From an archaeon GW2011_AR15 (GTDB taxonomy: Archaea; Nanobdellota; Nanobdellia; Woesearchaeales; GW2011-AR15): a stretch of 64,000 bases of DNA. Under the pieces are notes generated by a model, which saw nothing but the letters and a program-made list of their open reading frames with translations, was not told the origin of the DNA and did no database searches. Location of the stretch: NCBI GenBank assembly GCA_000830295.1, contig CP010425.1, forward strand, positions 576,001-640,000, in the 5' to 3' direction. The stretch's first letter is position 1; each line of letters opens with the position of its first letter. Positions 41,221 to 51,525 of this stretch are shown here, in pieces. A program made the translations under genes and the position numbers.

Positions 41221-41724
41221 ATGGAAACAAAAGGGTTTTCACTGTGGCTTATGCCCGAAGGCGAGCAGTACAAAAGATTCAGCGGGATAATTTCTGATTT
41301 AGGTAAAAGATACAAAGGGCCAAGATTTGAACCGCATATAACTCTTTTAGGAGATATAGAAAGGGGTAAGGAAGATGTATTCAACAGGGCAAACCAGCTG
41401 GCGCAGGTTGTAAAGCCCTTTAATGTAAAGCTTGACAGGACAGAATACTCCAATGAATATTTTAAATGTGTTTTTGCCAGGGCAGAAGAAGAATACGAAT
41501 TCATGAAAGCAGGGGATATTGCCAGAAGGTTTTTCTATATGGAATCCCAGAAATTCATGCCTCACCTGAGCCTGCTGTACGGGAATTACAGCGAAGATAT
41601 AAAGAAAGAGATTGTCTCGAAACTGAAAATAAATGAGGAAGTGCCAGTGAATTGCCTGCATGTTGCCGAAACAAAGGGCGAGCCAGAAGAATGGAAGATA
41701 CTGAGGAAAATACCTTTCAGATAA
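41221..41724 (+). CDS. 2H phosphoesterase (cyclic phosphodiesterase-like)
   Basis: FSLWLMP, FEPHITL and FMPHLSL motifs. Confidence 0.9.
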   Translation: METKGFSLWLMPEGEQYKRFSGIISDLGKRYKGPRFEPHITLLGDIERGKEDVFNRANQLAQVVKPFNVKLDRTEYSNEYFKCVFARAEEEYEFMKAGDIARRFFYMESQKFMPHLSLLYGNYSEDIKKEIVSKLKINEEVPVNCLHVAETKGEPEEWKILRKIPFR

Positions 41725-42269
41725 GCAGCCTGTTCAGGGATAAATATAAGCTGAGGCTTGTAATTATTACAGTCCTTACTTTAATGATACTCTCAGTTTT
41801 CATAAATATCTGGGCACTTGTATTCATCATCACTTTCTCATTCCTCAATTCCCTCCTGCTTTCCATAGAGAGGTATGTCAGCATAACCCATGATCTTGAG
41901 CTTTCTACATTCTCAGCGGTCATGATGAGCGTCTCTTTTGGGCTTGGATGGGGGATGACAGCGGCATTCTTCACGAAATTCATGGAGATAATGTATAACA
42001 AAAGCATGGAGATAGAGGACATACTTGCAATCACGTCATTCATGATTGCCGCGGTCCTTGGCTTTATTTTTAGGGATATGAATATAACCGAGGTCGGAAT
42101 AGTTGTTACCTTTGCCGTCAATGTATTCAACTTCATTACATCCAGCATGGTGGGATACTACACCAAGTATGAACTTATATTCCAGGTAATGACAAATATA
42201 GTGCTGAACCTTGTCCTTTTCGTGAGTGCAGCCCCGGTATTGCTTACACTTCTCACTCTTTTAAGATAA
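41691..42269 (+). CDS. Membrane protein, ECF S-component-like (paralog 3)
   Basis: DLELSTFSAVMM..FGLGWG..TK; start uncertain. Confidence 0.6.
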   Translation: MEDTEENTFQISSLFRDKYKLRLVIITVLTLMILSVFINIWALVFIITFSFLNSLLLSIERYVSITHDLELSTFSAVMMSVSFGLGWGMTAAFFTKFMEIMYNKSMEIEDILAITSFMIAAVLGFIFRDMNITEVGIVVTFAVNVFNFITSSMVGYYTKYELIFQVMTNIVLNLVLFVSAAPVLLTLLTLLR

Positions 42270-42304
42270 GATTTAAAAGATAATGGCTTTTCTTTTGTTT
42301 ATAT

Positions 42305-42359
42305 GCGGAGGTGCGTTGAAACCGGAAACGGTTCACTGACCTCCTCAAAACGCGGAGGT
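42305..42359 (+). repeat. Hairpin insert with 8-bp duplication of the tRNA-Leu 5' end
   Basis: GCGGAGGT at 42305 and 42352; GGAGGT..ACCG-GAAA-CGGT..ACCTCC stem; AAAA before the second copy. Confidence 0.6.
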
Positions 42360-42478
42360 AGCGAAGTGGCCAAACGTGGCAGACTCAAGAATTTGAGTGA
42401 TGAGCCGAGAGGCGATGACATACTATTGGGCCATCTGCTCCCTTAGTGGGTTCGCAGGTTCGAATCCTGTCCTCCGCA
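42352..42478 (+). tRNA. tRNA-Leu(CAA) with 43-nt intron (42390-42432)
   Basis: GCGGAGG/CCTCCGC, GCAGA/TCTGC, CT-CAA-G, long variable arm, BHB (CTCA:TGGG, CCA bulge). Confidence 0.93.
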
Positions 42479-42530
42479 TTTTTATTCTAAATTTGAAAAG
42501 AATTATAAATTAAAACAGATTAAGATATTT

Positions 42531-42983
42531 ATGGAGTTTGAAGATAAAAGATTTTCCCTCTTTTTTAACGCCATATTGATTCTTTTCGCATCCTTTTGCT
42601 TTGTCATAGGATACTTAGGAGAGTATATGGTAGTTATGTTTATAGTCTCTTTTACCATTATCCTATTTATCGTTAATGATAGAAATCATTTAATAAGGTT
42701 TGATGATAACTCGATTGAGATGAGTATTAGCCGGTGGAATCTAAAAGATAGAAAAAAGTTCAGATGGAATGAGATCAAAAGTATCTCTATTATCATATCG
42801 TTTATCTCTCTTCCAACTTTAATTATTGAAACCAAGGAAGGAAAAACTTATCTGACATACATTGTTAACGACAAAGGATTTGCCACTAAACTCTCAGAGT
42901 TGAAGAATAAGTCAAGAGCATTAAATCATATCAATGTAGCAGTGCCATTTTATTTTAAAACACATTTTAAAAAATCTAATTAA
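42531..42983 (+). CDS. Hypothetical AT-rich membrane protein (2 TM plus PH-like domain)
   Basis: Two TM helices, then FRWNEIKSI..LIIETKEGK. Confidence 0.65.
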   Translation: MEFEDKRFSLFFNAILILFASFCFVIGYLGEYMVVMFIVSFTIILFIVNDRNHLIRFDDNSIEMSISRWNLKDRKKFRWNEIKSISIIISFISLPTLIIETKEGKTYLTYIVNDKGFATKLSELKNKSRALNHINVAVPFYFKTHFKKSN

Positions 42984-43014
42984 GAGTATTATCTAGTTAT
43001 TTAGGTTTCTTGCT

Positions 43015-46000
43015 TTAGCTAGTTTCCCTCGTTATCGTGAAACTGTCCACAACATTGCCATTCAGGGTCTTGAATTCCCCTTTTGCCTTTGTTGTATCCC
43101 CGCCTACGTTAAATGTTATGAACAATGCTCCGTAGTTGAAGTTGCTTACAACATTTGTTGTGCAGGATTTGACCTGCTGGATGCCGTTGGTCATGTGGTA
43201 GTTGTTTGAGAATATGCTTGCCCACCATGTATCTGAGTCATGCAGTGCACAGCTGTAGTTTCCAAGGCTGTTCCCTCCAAGCCCTGAGACGACAGTGAAT
43301 GATTTTCCGTCTCCAAGTGTCAGCTGGCCAGGCTCGCCTGCTGTTACTATAGGCCCGTCATCAGGCAGGCTTGTGATTGTCCTTGTCCTGGCATAATTAC
43401 CATCGTATCCTGTAACTATTATAGCGCCTTCATCAAGGCATTTCTGGTAGTATTTTCTTCCCAGAGTGTCTGCATCGAGCTTGCTTCCTACCCTCAGGTC
43501 ATGGTTGCTCTTGTGGAATACGCAGATGTTCCATGGCTTGTCTGAGGCTGCGAGCTCTTCTGCTATGAATTCCTCGTGCCCGCTTTCTTCAAATGAAGTG
43601 CCTACTCCGGACATCACAAGCAGAATATCCTGGAATCTGCATGTTCCCTTGTTGCCGAATGCCCCTTCGCAGTCCATATCAACAATCCTGCTGTTCCTTG
43701 TATCTAAGATAACCCTGTAGTTTGCCCAGTCTGCAGCATCACTGGCCCCTACTACGCCGGCATATGCAAAGCCAGGGTCAAGGCTTGTGTTTATCATTGT
43801 CTCCCATTGTGCGGGAGTTGAGCCCATGCCGAGGTTTCCGGCATGCACTATCATCACAGCGCCTTCCTGCCTTGTGAAATTAAGCAGAGTCTTTGCATTG
43901 GCTCCTATCCCCTGATTGGCTATGAAGGCAACTTTTATCTCGGCAGGAGGCTCTTCCGGAGTAAATTCGCATTCTGTATCAAGATATTTTTCTCCTGCCT
44001 CGCACAACAATTCTTTGAACGCATTGCTGTATGCAAGCTGGTTTCTTACAGTCTTTATTGTCTCTGTTTCGCCGCCAAGCGCAAGCCATGGCGAGAATAT
44101 AATGCCGTCGAAATTATCCTGTCCGAGTACCCTTTCCCCAACACCAGTAACCCATTCCGCGTCCGGCATATCATGCGTTGCATCCTTGAATACTTTTACA
44201 ACAGGAATTACTTTTACTTCTGAGAACTTGTCCTTTATATCTGCTGCAAGCCCATCCTGGTTGTCAAAGAAATTATCATTTTCTTCATTTGGCAGCCTTT
44301 CATTGTCGATATTGAAAAGTGCTATATCGAAGAACTGCTTATCAGCAGCATTGACAAGCTGTTTTGCGCATGTCAGGTTGCCGAATCCCATTATAACTGG
44401 GGTTTCCTCATTCTTTTTCCTGAATTCATCATACAGCTTTGTAAGGTTGGCTGCATTTGCATCCCAGTTGCAGACGTCGTCTATTATCCAGTAGCCCAAT
44501 ATTGCATCATCTGCTATTGCATTCCCGAAATCAACTTTTGTGAAGTCAATCTTATTGTTTTTCCTGAACTTGGTATCATCTAGTTTAAAGAATAGGCCAA
44601 GGTCCCCTGCTTCATCAAGGGCAGCCTCAATCTGCCCCTTTGTCCTGTTATTAAGCCCGACAGCAAATGCGCCAAACCCTTCAATCAGCTCGAAATCGCT
44701 TGGCAGGGCATTGAATATTCCCACTATTGAACCGCTTTCAACAGGCTCCTCATTTTCAGGCACACATTTTTTGTTTACGCATATATCCCCTTCCTTGCAG
44801 TCGTCATCATCTTCACAGGTATTTTTCATATCCAGCAGATGCTCTATCTGGTTAAGCTTGAAGTACAGCTGGTTGTACCCGTCTATTTCCTGGCTCAGTG
44901 TTCCAAGCACATAGCAGCTTCCGTCATCTCTCTGTGCAAGTTTTGTAAATGTTATTGTACCAGATGATAAGTCTCCGAATGCATCGCACATCTGTGTGTC
45001 CCTTGTGTCAACTGTCCTGTCCAGTGTTGCTGTCTGCGGAAGGTTGACAGACACGCCATCGCATGAGTTCTTTAGTCCGCCGGTGTAGCATGGGATATTG
45101 CCCCCGCCACCGCCTCCTCCACCCCCATTGCTTCCGTTAGTGCCAGGGATAGGAACTGGTGGGTATGGAACACCACCCCCGCCACCCCCAATAGGTGGAA
45201 CAGGAGCGCACACATCAGGAGTAGAAGCACACTGATCAGCACAATACGTGCAGTCGCTTGGTGCATCGCAGGTATCAGGCTTTTCATCGCATAAAGCAAG
45301 AGCTTCTTCCCTGTTTTCATCAATTATAAGGCAGCTGTAAGCAACTGCAGCGGCACTATAACCTAGAGTAGTTTCTCCCTCAGTCTCTTCTTCCTCTGAA
45401 CTGGATGTAGCTAGGCAGGCTTGCTGATCATTAGACCAATATCCTCCGGCTCCAGTGCATTCAACACTGTTTTCGCATAAACTCAGGTGGGCAGCATCAC
45501 ACTCAAAAAATGTTGGTTGGTCGCATGAGGAACATCCACGCTCAAAGGCACCCCAGCTAGGGCAATCTCGCCAGCAGATTAAGCCGTCTACACATACATG
45601 TTGATTATTCTTTGGCCATCCCTCACACCACACTGCACCTTCTCCTGAACAGGTTTCACCATTCTTCATAAAAAACCCATCAGGACAAACACCTTGCTCA
45701 TCTACAACACATTGCCCACTTGACTGGTCACAAGTCTCTCCGTCTTTACTGCAGTCATACCCATACATCTGACCGTTGCTGCAATATGTTGAGGCTGCGC
45801 TACTTGAGCATGAGAAGGCATCATTATTAGTGCATGTTTGTCCTTGCAACAATTCATAATTTCTCCCATCTATTACTGGGTTTCCAGTGATATCAGTAAT
45901 TGTATTTCCAGTAACTGCAGTCACCCCCCCCGTTGGAGGTAAATTATTCAGTGGGTTGTTTTCTCCACAGAACTCATCACACTGGTCGCTCTCCTGCCAT

Positions 46001-48000
46001 TTGCCGTTGATACAAACCTCGCAACTCTCTCCCTCCTGCTTCAATACGCCTTCAAATGTGTATGGACATACTCCTTCACCAAGATCAAAGCATCTTTCAC
46101 TTGACGTCCATTCCAGTGCATATGGACTGTCTTCTTCAGCTCCATCATTTTTCATACACTCCATGCAGCTGCCCCTTATGAAGTCGAGTGCACCTTCATT
46201 ATCACAGTAATATTTTGCCTCTACAACACCAATTCCTTCTAAATCTACAACAGCATTTGCCTGCAGGCATGCCTCTGCATTCCCTTCAGCGTTCACTACT
46301 TCTATTCCGAAAGTTACTTTAGTATCAACAATTTCGATTTCAGAAACAGGAGTGGCCGATTTATCACTGGGGATTATATAACACTCATCTCCTTCAGTAC
46401 ATTTATATGGTGCTATAGTAGCAGTAATCTTGTCGGTCTTTGCTACGACTTTAGCAACACCCTCCGGTATCTCAACAGCCCTTTCAGTTACTGTTGCTAT
46501 GGACTCAGCACTGACACAAGAATTCCCGCCTTTCTTAAATTCTACAGTATATTTGCCTGTCCCCTCAAGCTGCTGATCATCACCAGGAACCCCCCACGAT
46601 GCAGGAAATGGTTCTTCTGGTGTGGTTATAGAGCTGTAATCCTGTGGCTTATATGTTTCATAAAGATAATAATAGGGGTTACAGAGACAGTCATATGTCC
46701 ATCCCTTGAGTACACCATTTTCTATAATTTCTCCGGTTCTGGAACAGCTATTTAATGTCCCGATTGGTTTACAGGCTGCCTCAGCATCATCTGCAATTGC
46801 TGGATCTACAGGTTTGACTTCGGGTGGAGGAAGAGTCTGTCCAGGCTCGGCGTCCAAAGTTACCTCAACAGTAAAATCCTCCTCAGAATAGCCTGCCCTT
46901 ATTAATGCAGGTATATCTTCTATTACAGCAGGTTCTGCATCAAAGCATTGTGGCACTGCTCCAATCCCAATCCCTGTCTCAATTTCCTGAACAGTCGTTG
47001 TATAGGGTCTTGATACTGCAGTTGGAGTCCCATACTTAAAATGATCAACCCATATATCCTGGCAGTTGGCACAGTCCTGCATCACGAGTGTAGGAGTTAT
47101 TATTGTTGCTGATGCTTCTGCATCATCGCAGTAGCTGACAGTAGCCAGCTGTGAGAAATGTGTTGTATAGGCAGTTATCCTGTTCTTTGCCCTGTCAACT
47201 TCTGTCGGAAGGCCGACCCAGACACCAATTTCATTATCAAAATATCCCAATCTCAGGGAATCCTCTGCAATAGTTATTGGAATGTCCCTGTCGTCATAAA
47301 CGAATGTAACTTTTACTGGCTTCGAGAATTCAGCCCCGTGAGGGACTCCTGAGAATGCAAGCATGCCTGCCAGTACGCTGTTGTCAAGCCCGTTGAATCC
47401 CCTGTCAAGCAATTTCAGCCCGACTTCATCAACCTGCTTTCCGTCAACAGTTACTCTTGTTCCTGCAGGGACTTCAAGCACCATTGAGCCGTCAGCAGAA
47501 ACAACTCGTGTCACGCTGCCGAAATTCAGCTCCTCTGTGACTTCCCTTGGGAAAGTGTATGTCTGCTCCTTGAAATTTATTACTGTGCTGTCTTTTGTAA
47601 ATGTAACAGGATAATCAATATCAGCTACAAGCGCATCCCTTGTTATCTCAACGCCCACAAACAAATTGCCTTCAGCAACATCAAATCCCTGCTGCCTGAA
47701 ATTCCTGAAGCCGTTGAAACAGACAGGAAGGCTGTTCTGCAGATAGCTCTTTATCAGGGGAGTTGAATAGACCATGTGCAGCCCGTATCTCTTTTCTCCC
47801 TCGATAACAGAGCTCTGCACACACGCTTTTATGAAAGCATCCAGAGAGGCCTGTGTTGCAGGAAGGTTTGCAAGGTCTTCTGATTCCCCTTCAAGTGCAC
47901 TCTCAACACTGGCGTTCTTGATGATAAAGAAACTGGCGATGATGATTACTATCAATAAACCGATAATTGCAAAAATAGATGCCTGCGACCTCTTCCCCAC
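43015..48000 (-). CDS. 1661-aa surface protein with class III-like signal peptide, Cys-rich repeats and a degenerate metallophosphoesterase domain
   Basis: MGKRSQASIFAIIG; ZU5-like region ending TTHFS; many Cys; Gly/Pro linker; KVAFIANQG/HAGNL/VGASD. Confidence 0.8.
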   Translation of the reverse strand: MGKRSQASIFAIIGLLIVIIIASFFIIKNASVESALEGESEDLANLPATQASLDAFIKACVQSSVIEGEKRYGLHMVYSTPLIKSYLQNSLPVCFNGFRNFRQQGFDVAEGNLFVGVEITRDALVADIDYPVTFTKDSTVINFKEQTYTFPREVTEELNFGSVTRVVSADGSMVLEVPAGTRVTVDGKQVDEVGLKLLDRGFNGLDNSVLAGMLAFSGVPHGAEFSKPVKVTFVYDDRDIPITIAEDSLRLGYFDNEIGVWVGLPTEVDRAKNRITAYTTHFSQLATVSYCDDAEASATIITPTLVMQDCANCQDIWVDHFKYGTPTAVSRPYTTTVQEIETGIGIGAVPQCFDAEPAVIEDIPALIRAGYSEEDFTVEVTLDAEPGQTLPPPEVKPVDPAIADDAEAACKPIGTLNSCSRTGEIIENGVLKGWTYDCLCNPYYYLYETYKPQDYSSITTPEEPFPASWGVPGDDQQLEGTGKYTVEFKKGGNSCVSAESIATVTERAVEIPEGVAKVVAKTDKITATIAPYKCTEGDECYIIPSDKSATPVSEIEIVDTKVTFGIEVVNAEGNAEACLQANAVVDLEGIGVVEAKYYCDNEGALDFIRGSCMECMKNDGAEEDSPYALEWTSSERCFDLGEGVCPYTFEGVLKQEGESCEVCINGKWQESDQCDEFCGENNPLNNLPPTGGVTAVTGNTITDITGNPVIDGRNYELLQGQTCTNNDAFSCSSSAASTYCSNGQMYGYDCSKDGETCDQSSGQCVVDEQGVCPDGFFMKNGETCSGEGAVWCEGWPKNNQHVCVDGLICWRDCPSWGAFERGCSSCDQPTFFECDAAHLSLCENSVECTGAGGYWSNDQQACLATSSSEEEETEGETTLGYSAAAVAYSCLIIDENREEALALCDEKPDTCDAPSDCTYCADQCASTPDVCAPVPPIGGGGGGVPYPPVPIPGTNGSNGGGGGGGGGNIPCYTGGLKNSCDGVSVNLPQTATLDRTVDTRDTQMCDAFGDLSSGTITFTKLAQRDDGSCYVLGTLSQEIDGYNQLYFKLNQIEHLLDMKNTCEDDDDCKEGDICVNKKCVPENEEPVESGSIVGIFNALPSDFELIEGFGAFAVGLNNRTKGQIEAALDEAGDLGLFFKLDDTKFRKNNKIDFTKVDFGNAIADDAILGYWIIDDVCNWDANAANLTKLYDEFRKKNEETPVIMGFGNLTCAKQLVNAADKQFFDIALFNIDNERLPNEENDNFFDNQDGLAADIKDKFSEVKVIPVVKVFKDATHDMPDAEWVTGVGERVLGQDNFDGIIFSPWLALGGETETIKTVRNQLAYSNAFKELLCEAGEKYLDTECEFTPEEPPAEIKVAFIANQGIGANAKTLLNFTRQEGAVMIVHAGNLGMGSTPAQWETMINTSLDPGFAYAGVVGASDAADWANYRVILDTRNSRIVDMDCEGAFGNKGTCRFQDILLVMSGVGTSFEESGHEEFIAEELAASDKPWNICVFHKSNHDLRVGSKLDADTLGRKYYQKCLDEGAIIVTGYDGNYARTRTITSLPDDGPIVTAGEPGQLTLGDGKSFTVVSGLGGNSLGNYSCALHDSDTWWASIFSNNYHMTNGIQQVKSCTTNVVSNFNYGALFITFNVGGDTTKAKGEFKTLNGNVVDSFTITRETS

Positions 48001-48096
48001 TTTTTTTCCCTTTATCTAAATTTTTTAATGCAGGGTAGTATATATATTTTATCATCAATCAGAGAGCAAAACTTTATATATGATTATCAGGATTAA

Positions 48097-49434
48097 ATGG
48101 TGATGATTGAAATCACAGCAGTCGGCGGCTATTCTGAAGTAGGAAAAAACATGACAGCTGTGAAATACAAAGATGATGTTGTGATTCTGGACATGGGGCT
48201 TCACATGGAGACTTATATCAACCTTGAGGATGATGACGATGATGATTCTCACAGCCTGAGGGACCTGACGAACACAGGTGCAGTCCCTGATGATTCTGTT
48301 ATTGAAAATCTTAAGAAAAAAGTTGTTGCGATCGTGCCCAGCCACGGTCATCTGGATCACATAGGAGCAATACCCTTCCTGGCGCAGAATTACAACGCCC
48401 CGGTTATATGCACACCATATACAGCAGCAGTGCTCAGGGCAGTAGTAGCGGATAAAAAAATACCCTTCTCAAATGAGATAGTTGCAATGGAATTTGGGAG
48501 GAAGATGAAACTTTCTGATTCAATAACAATCGAATTTGTCAATGTCACGCACAGCATTCCCCATACAGCTATTGTTGTGATACATACCCCTGACGGCAAA
48601 GTAGTTTATGCAAATGACTTTAAGCTTGATGAAACCCCGACATTCGGAGAAAAGACAGACTACAAAAAGCTGAAAGAATTAAGCGGAAGGAATGTCAAGG
48701 TCCTGATACTTGATTCGCTGTATGCAGGTACTGACAGGAAAACTCCTTCTGAAAGCGTTGCAAGAGACATGCTGAAGGAGGTCATGCTGAACACCGACAC
48801 GAAAGGGAAAGCAGTGATAATATCAACTTTTTCATCCCACATAGCAAGACTGAAATCAATAGTCGAGTTTGGAAAAAAGATGAAAAGGAAGATAATATTC
48901 ATGGGCCGCAGCCTGGCCAAGTATGTGGCTGCTGCTGAAAGCATAGGCCTTGCCAAATTCTCGCCCTCTGTTGAGATCTGCGCCTATAAGAAGCAGATGA
49001 AGAAGCCGCTCATGAAAGTTGAGAAAGACGGAAGGGACAAATACCTTATAGTATGCACAGGCCATCAGGGAGAGCCCACGGCAGTGCTTACCAGGCTGGC
49101 AGATGATAAAATTGGGTTCAGCCTGCAGAGGAATGACCATGTGATTTTCTCGTGCACAGTAATTCCCACAGAAACCAACAGGAAAAACAGGGCATCCCTT
49201 GAAAAAAGGCTCTTGAGGTATGGTGTAATCATATTCAGGGATGTCCATGAGTCAGGCCATGCCAGCAGGCAGGACCATAAAGAGCTTATTGAACTGCTCC
49301 AGCCTGAGCACATAATACCGGCGCACGCAGGCCATGACAAGACAAAGCACATGATTTCACTGGCTGAAGAGCTCGGCTACAAAAGAAATAAGACAGTGCA
49401 TGAGATGAAGGACGGAAAGACAATTATGTTATAG
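48097..49434 (+). CDS. rnj: Ribonuclease J (beta-CASP)
   Basis: GGYSEVGKNM, HGHLDHIG, HSIP, TGHQGEP, HESGHA, PAH. Confidence 0.95.
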   Translation: MVMIEITAVGGYSEVGKNMTAVKYKDDVVILDMGLHMETYINLEDDDDDDSHSLRDLTNTGAVPDDSVIENLKKKVVAIVPSHGHLDHIGAIPFLAQNYNAPVICTPYTAAVLRAVVADKKIPFSNEIVAMEFGRKMKLSDSITIEFVNVTHSIPHTAIVVIHTPDGKVVYANDFKLDETPTFGEKTDYKKLKELSGRNVKVLILDSLYAGTDRKTPSESVARDMLKEVMLNTDTKGKAVIISTFSSHIARLKSIVEFGKKMKRKIIFMGRSLAKYVAAAESIGLAKFSPSVEICAYKKQMKKPLMKVEKDGRDKYLIVCTGHQGEPTAVLTRLADDKIGFSLQRNDHVIFSCTVIPTETNRKNRASLEKRLLRYGVIIFRDVHESGHASRQDHKELIELLQPEHIIPAHAGHDKTKHMISLAEELGYKRNKTVHEMKDGKTIML

Positions 49435-50001
49435 TGCAGTTATAATTCCAGCTACCCCTTTCGCAATCATTTCTATTGCAACAGCAGTTACAAACAATCC
49501 CATTATCTTTGAGGCTATGCTGACAATCTTTATGTTGACTTTAGGGACTATCAATGAGAACAGGAAGAAAACTATGCCGACAAGCAGGAATCCTGCGACA
49601 ACATTCGATATAAGTGCAGTAGTCCCCATTTCATAGGATTTTATTGTGAGGAAAGAAATTGTTGCAGGCCCTGTAAGCAAAGGGGTTGCTATAATTGTTG
49701 TAATCCCGTCATTGCCTGTTTCTTCCTCTTCCTCTTCTCCCCGCCTTACCATATCTATTCCGAGAACAAACAGGACAACCCCGCCGGCAACCCTGAAAGA
49801 GTCAAGGGTTATGCCGAACAGGCTGAATAGGAAGGGCCCAATCAGGACCATTATAATGGCTATCACGAAAGCTGCAATTACTGATTTTACTGCAACCATC
49901 TTCACATCCAGCTTTTCCTTGTAAGCCTGAAGCAAAAAAGGGAAGGATGCAATAGGGTTGAGCAGTACAAACAGCTGCGTTATCAGCGTGAAATCGACCA
50001 T
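49429..50001 (-). CDS. marC: MarC family membrane protein
   Basis: LNPI, FGITLDSFRVAGG, PLLTGPATI, KIMGL. Confidence 0.92.
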   Translation of the reverse strand: MVDFTLITQLFVLLNPIASFPFLLQAYKEKLDVKMVAVKSVIAAFVIAIIMVLIGPFLFSLFGITLDSFRVAGGVVLFVLGIDMVRRGEEEEEETGNDGITTIIATPLLTGPATISFLTIKSYEMGTTALISNVVAGFLLVGIVFFLFSLIVPKVNIKIVSIASKIMGLFVTAVAIEMIAKGVAGIITAL

Positions 50002-50108
50002 GGTTAAAATTATTCACGGGGTGTTTATAAGTTTATTGATTGCGCTTTCCTTATCGTAACCTTTATAAATTGTTTCCATATCCAGATGTCCAAGGGGGAT
50101 AGTTAAAA

Positions 50109-50852
50109 ATGAAATTAACACTTGCTGATTCAAGACTTCTAAAAGACAGTGTATCAATAATATCAGACCTTGTCACAGAGGCAAGGTTCACATTTGGCAA
50201 AGACTCCATTGACCTTGTTGCCATGGACCCTGCAAATGTCGCAATGGTAATATTCAAGCTTCTCAGCTCAGGGTTCACTGAATATGATTTGAAGAAAGAA
50301 GTCAAGGTTGCACTCAACCTTAACAACCTGAAGCAGGTCCTGAAAAGAGCCAACCCTGTAGATATAATCACACTTGAGCTTGAGGAAAACAAATTCAAGA
50401 TAACAATAAAGTCAGGCACAACAAGGACATTCTATCTTCCGATAATTGAGCTTGACGAAAAAGAGCAGAAGATTCCCTCTCTGAACTTCCCGCTTTCAAT
50501 AAAGACAAGCACAACGCTTCTCAATGAGGCAATTGAGGACGTCTCAATTGTTGCAGAGTCTGTCAAGTTCATTGCAGATGACAAGAAATTCACAGTATCT
50601 GCAGAAGGCGACCTGTCAAAGGCAAAAGTTGAAATCCCTGCAGATGATAATACTGTCATCACAAAGGAGGGCGAGGAAGTCCTCAAGGCAAAATACTCGA
50701 TTGAATACCTGAAGAAGATGATACAGGCCAGCAAGCTCTGCGCTGACGTGTACATAAGATTCAACACAGATTACCCTCTGAGGCTGGAGTACAAGGCAAC
50801 AGACAAGCTGATGCTTTCATTCATACTTGCGCCAAGAGTGGATAATGATTAG
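50109..50852 (+). CDS. pcn: DNA sliding clamp PCNA
   Basis: AMDPANVAM, KYSIEYL, ILAPRV. Confidence 0.97.
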   Translation: MKLTLADSRLLKDSVSIISDLVTEARFTFGKDSIDLVAMDPANVAMVIFKLLSSGFTEYDLKKEVKVALNLNNLKQVLKRANPVDIITLELEENKFKITIKSGTTRTFYLPIIELDEKEQKIPSLNFPLSIKTSTTLLNEAIEDVSIVAESVKFIADDKKFTVSAEGDLSKAKVEIPADDNTVITKEGEEVLKAKYSIEYLKKMIQASKLCADVYIRFNTDYPLRLEYKATDKLMLSFILAPRVDND

Positions 50853-50872
50853 CAAGGCAGACGGGAGTTATT

Positions 50873-51421
50873 CTATAATTTCATTCCAACTAAAGTAAAT
50901 TGTCCTGCTGCAGCAAATTCCATCATTACCTGGAAAAGTCTTGCCCCAAGATAAGGATTTCCGTTTGGATCCAAACAGACGACTTTAACCTTTCTCCCTT
51001 CGACACCATCATTAGGCTGCGCAGCCAGCAAACCAATATTTCCGGGCCGGGTAGTTCTGACAAGCCTTATCTCAACTATGCCATAGAGAAAATCCTCTTT
51101 ATGCCTTGTCTGGAAACTTTCAATAAAACATTTATATGACGCGATGTGATTTGGATTTCCTGTTCCAAGTACAGGGTCATTTTTTAATGCGAGGAAAAAT
51201 CGTACATGGTCTTTCGTCTTCAGAAGTTCCTGTTGCTCCCTTTGCAATTCAGTTTTCCATTCACTTTCAGTTTTACCTCTTAAAAAGACATTTTTATAGA
51301 ACTTAAATGCTCCGGACTCCGAGCCTATTATCTTCATGGGGAGCTTCATCCAGCTTGGAGGGGACCCTTCAGGCTTTCCGATGTTTGCTATCCTAAGGTT
51401 TGTCCAGATTCTTTCAGGCAT
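50873..51421 (-). CDS. Hypothetical protein
   Basis: GGAG RBS upstream; no recognised motif. Confidence 0.6.
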   Translation of the reverse strand: MPERIWTNLRIANIGKPEGSPPSWMKLPMKIIGSESGAFKFYKNVFLRGKTESEWKTELQREQQELLKTKDHVRFFLALKNDPVLGTGNPNHIASYKCFIESFQTRHKEDFLYGIVEIRLVRTTRPGNIGLLAAQPNDGVEGRKVKVVCLDPNGNPYLGARLFQVMMEFAAAGQFTLVGMKL

Positions 51422-51525
51422 ATAATCTCCTACTTATTTATTCAATGTATATATATCTTTTGTTTTAAATCTTGCTCCATAAATATCGCAAAAATTTTAT
51501 AAATAACGTATACAATTAACTGGCG

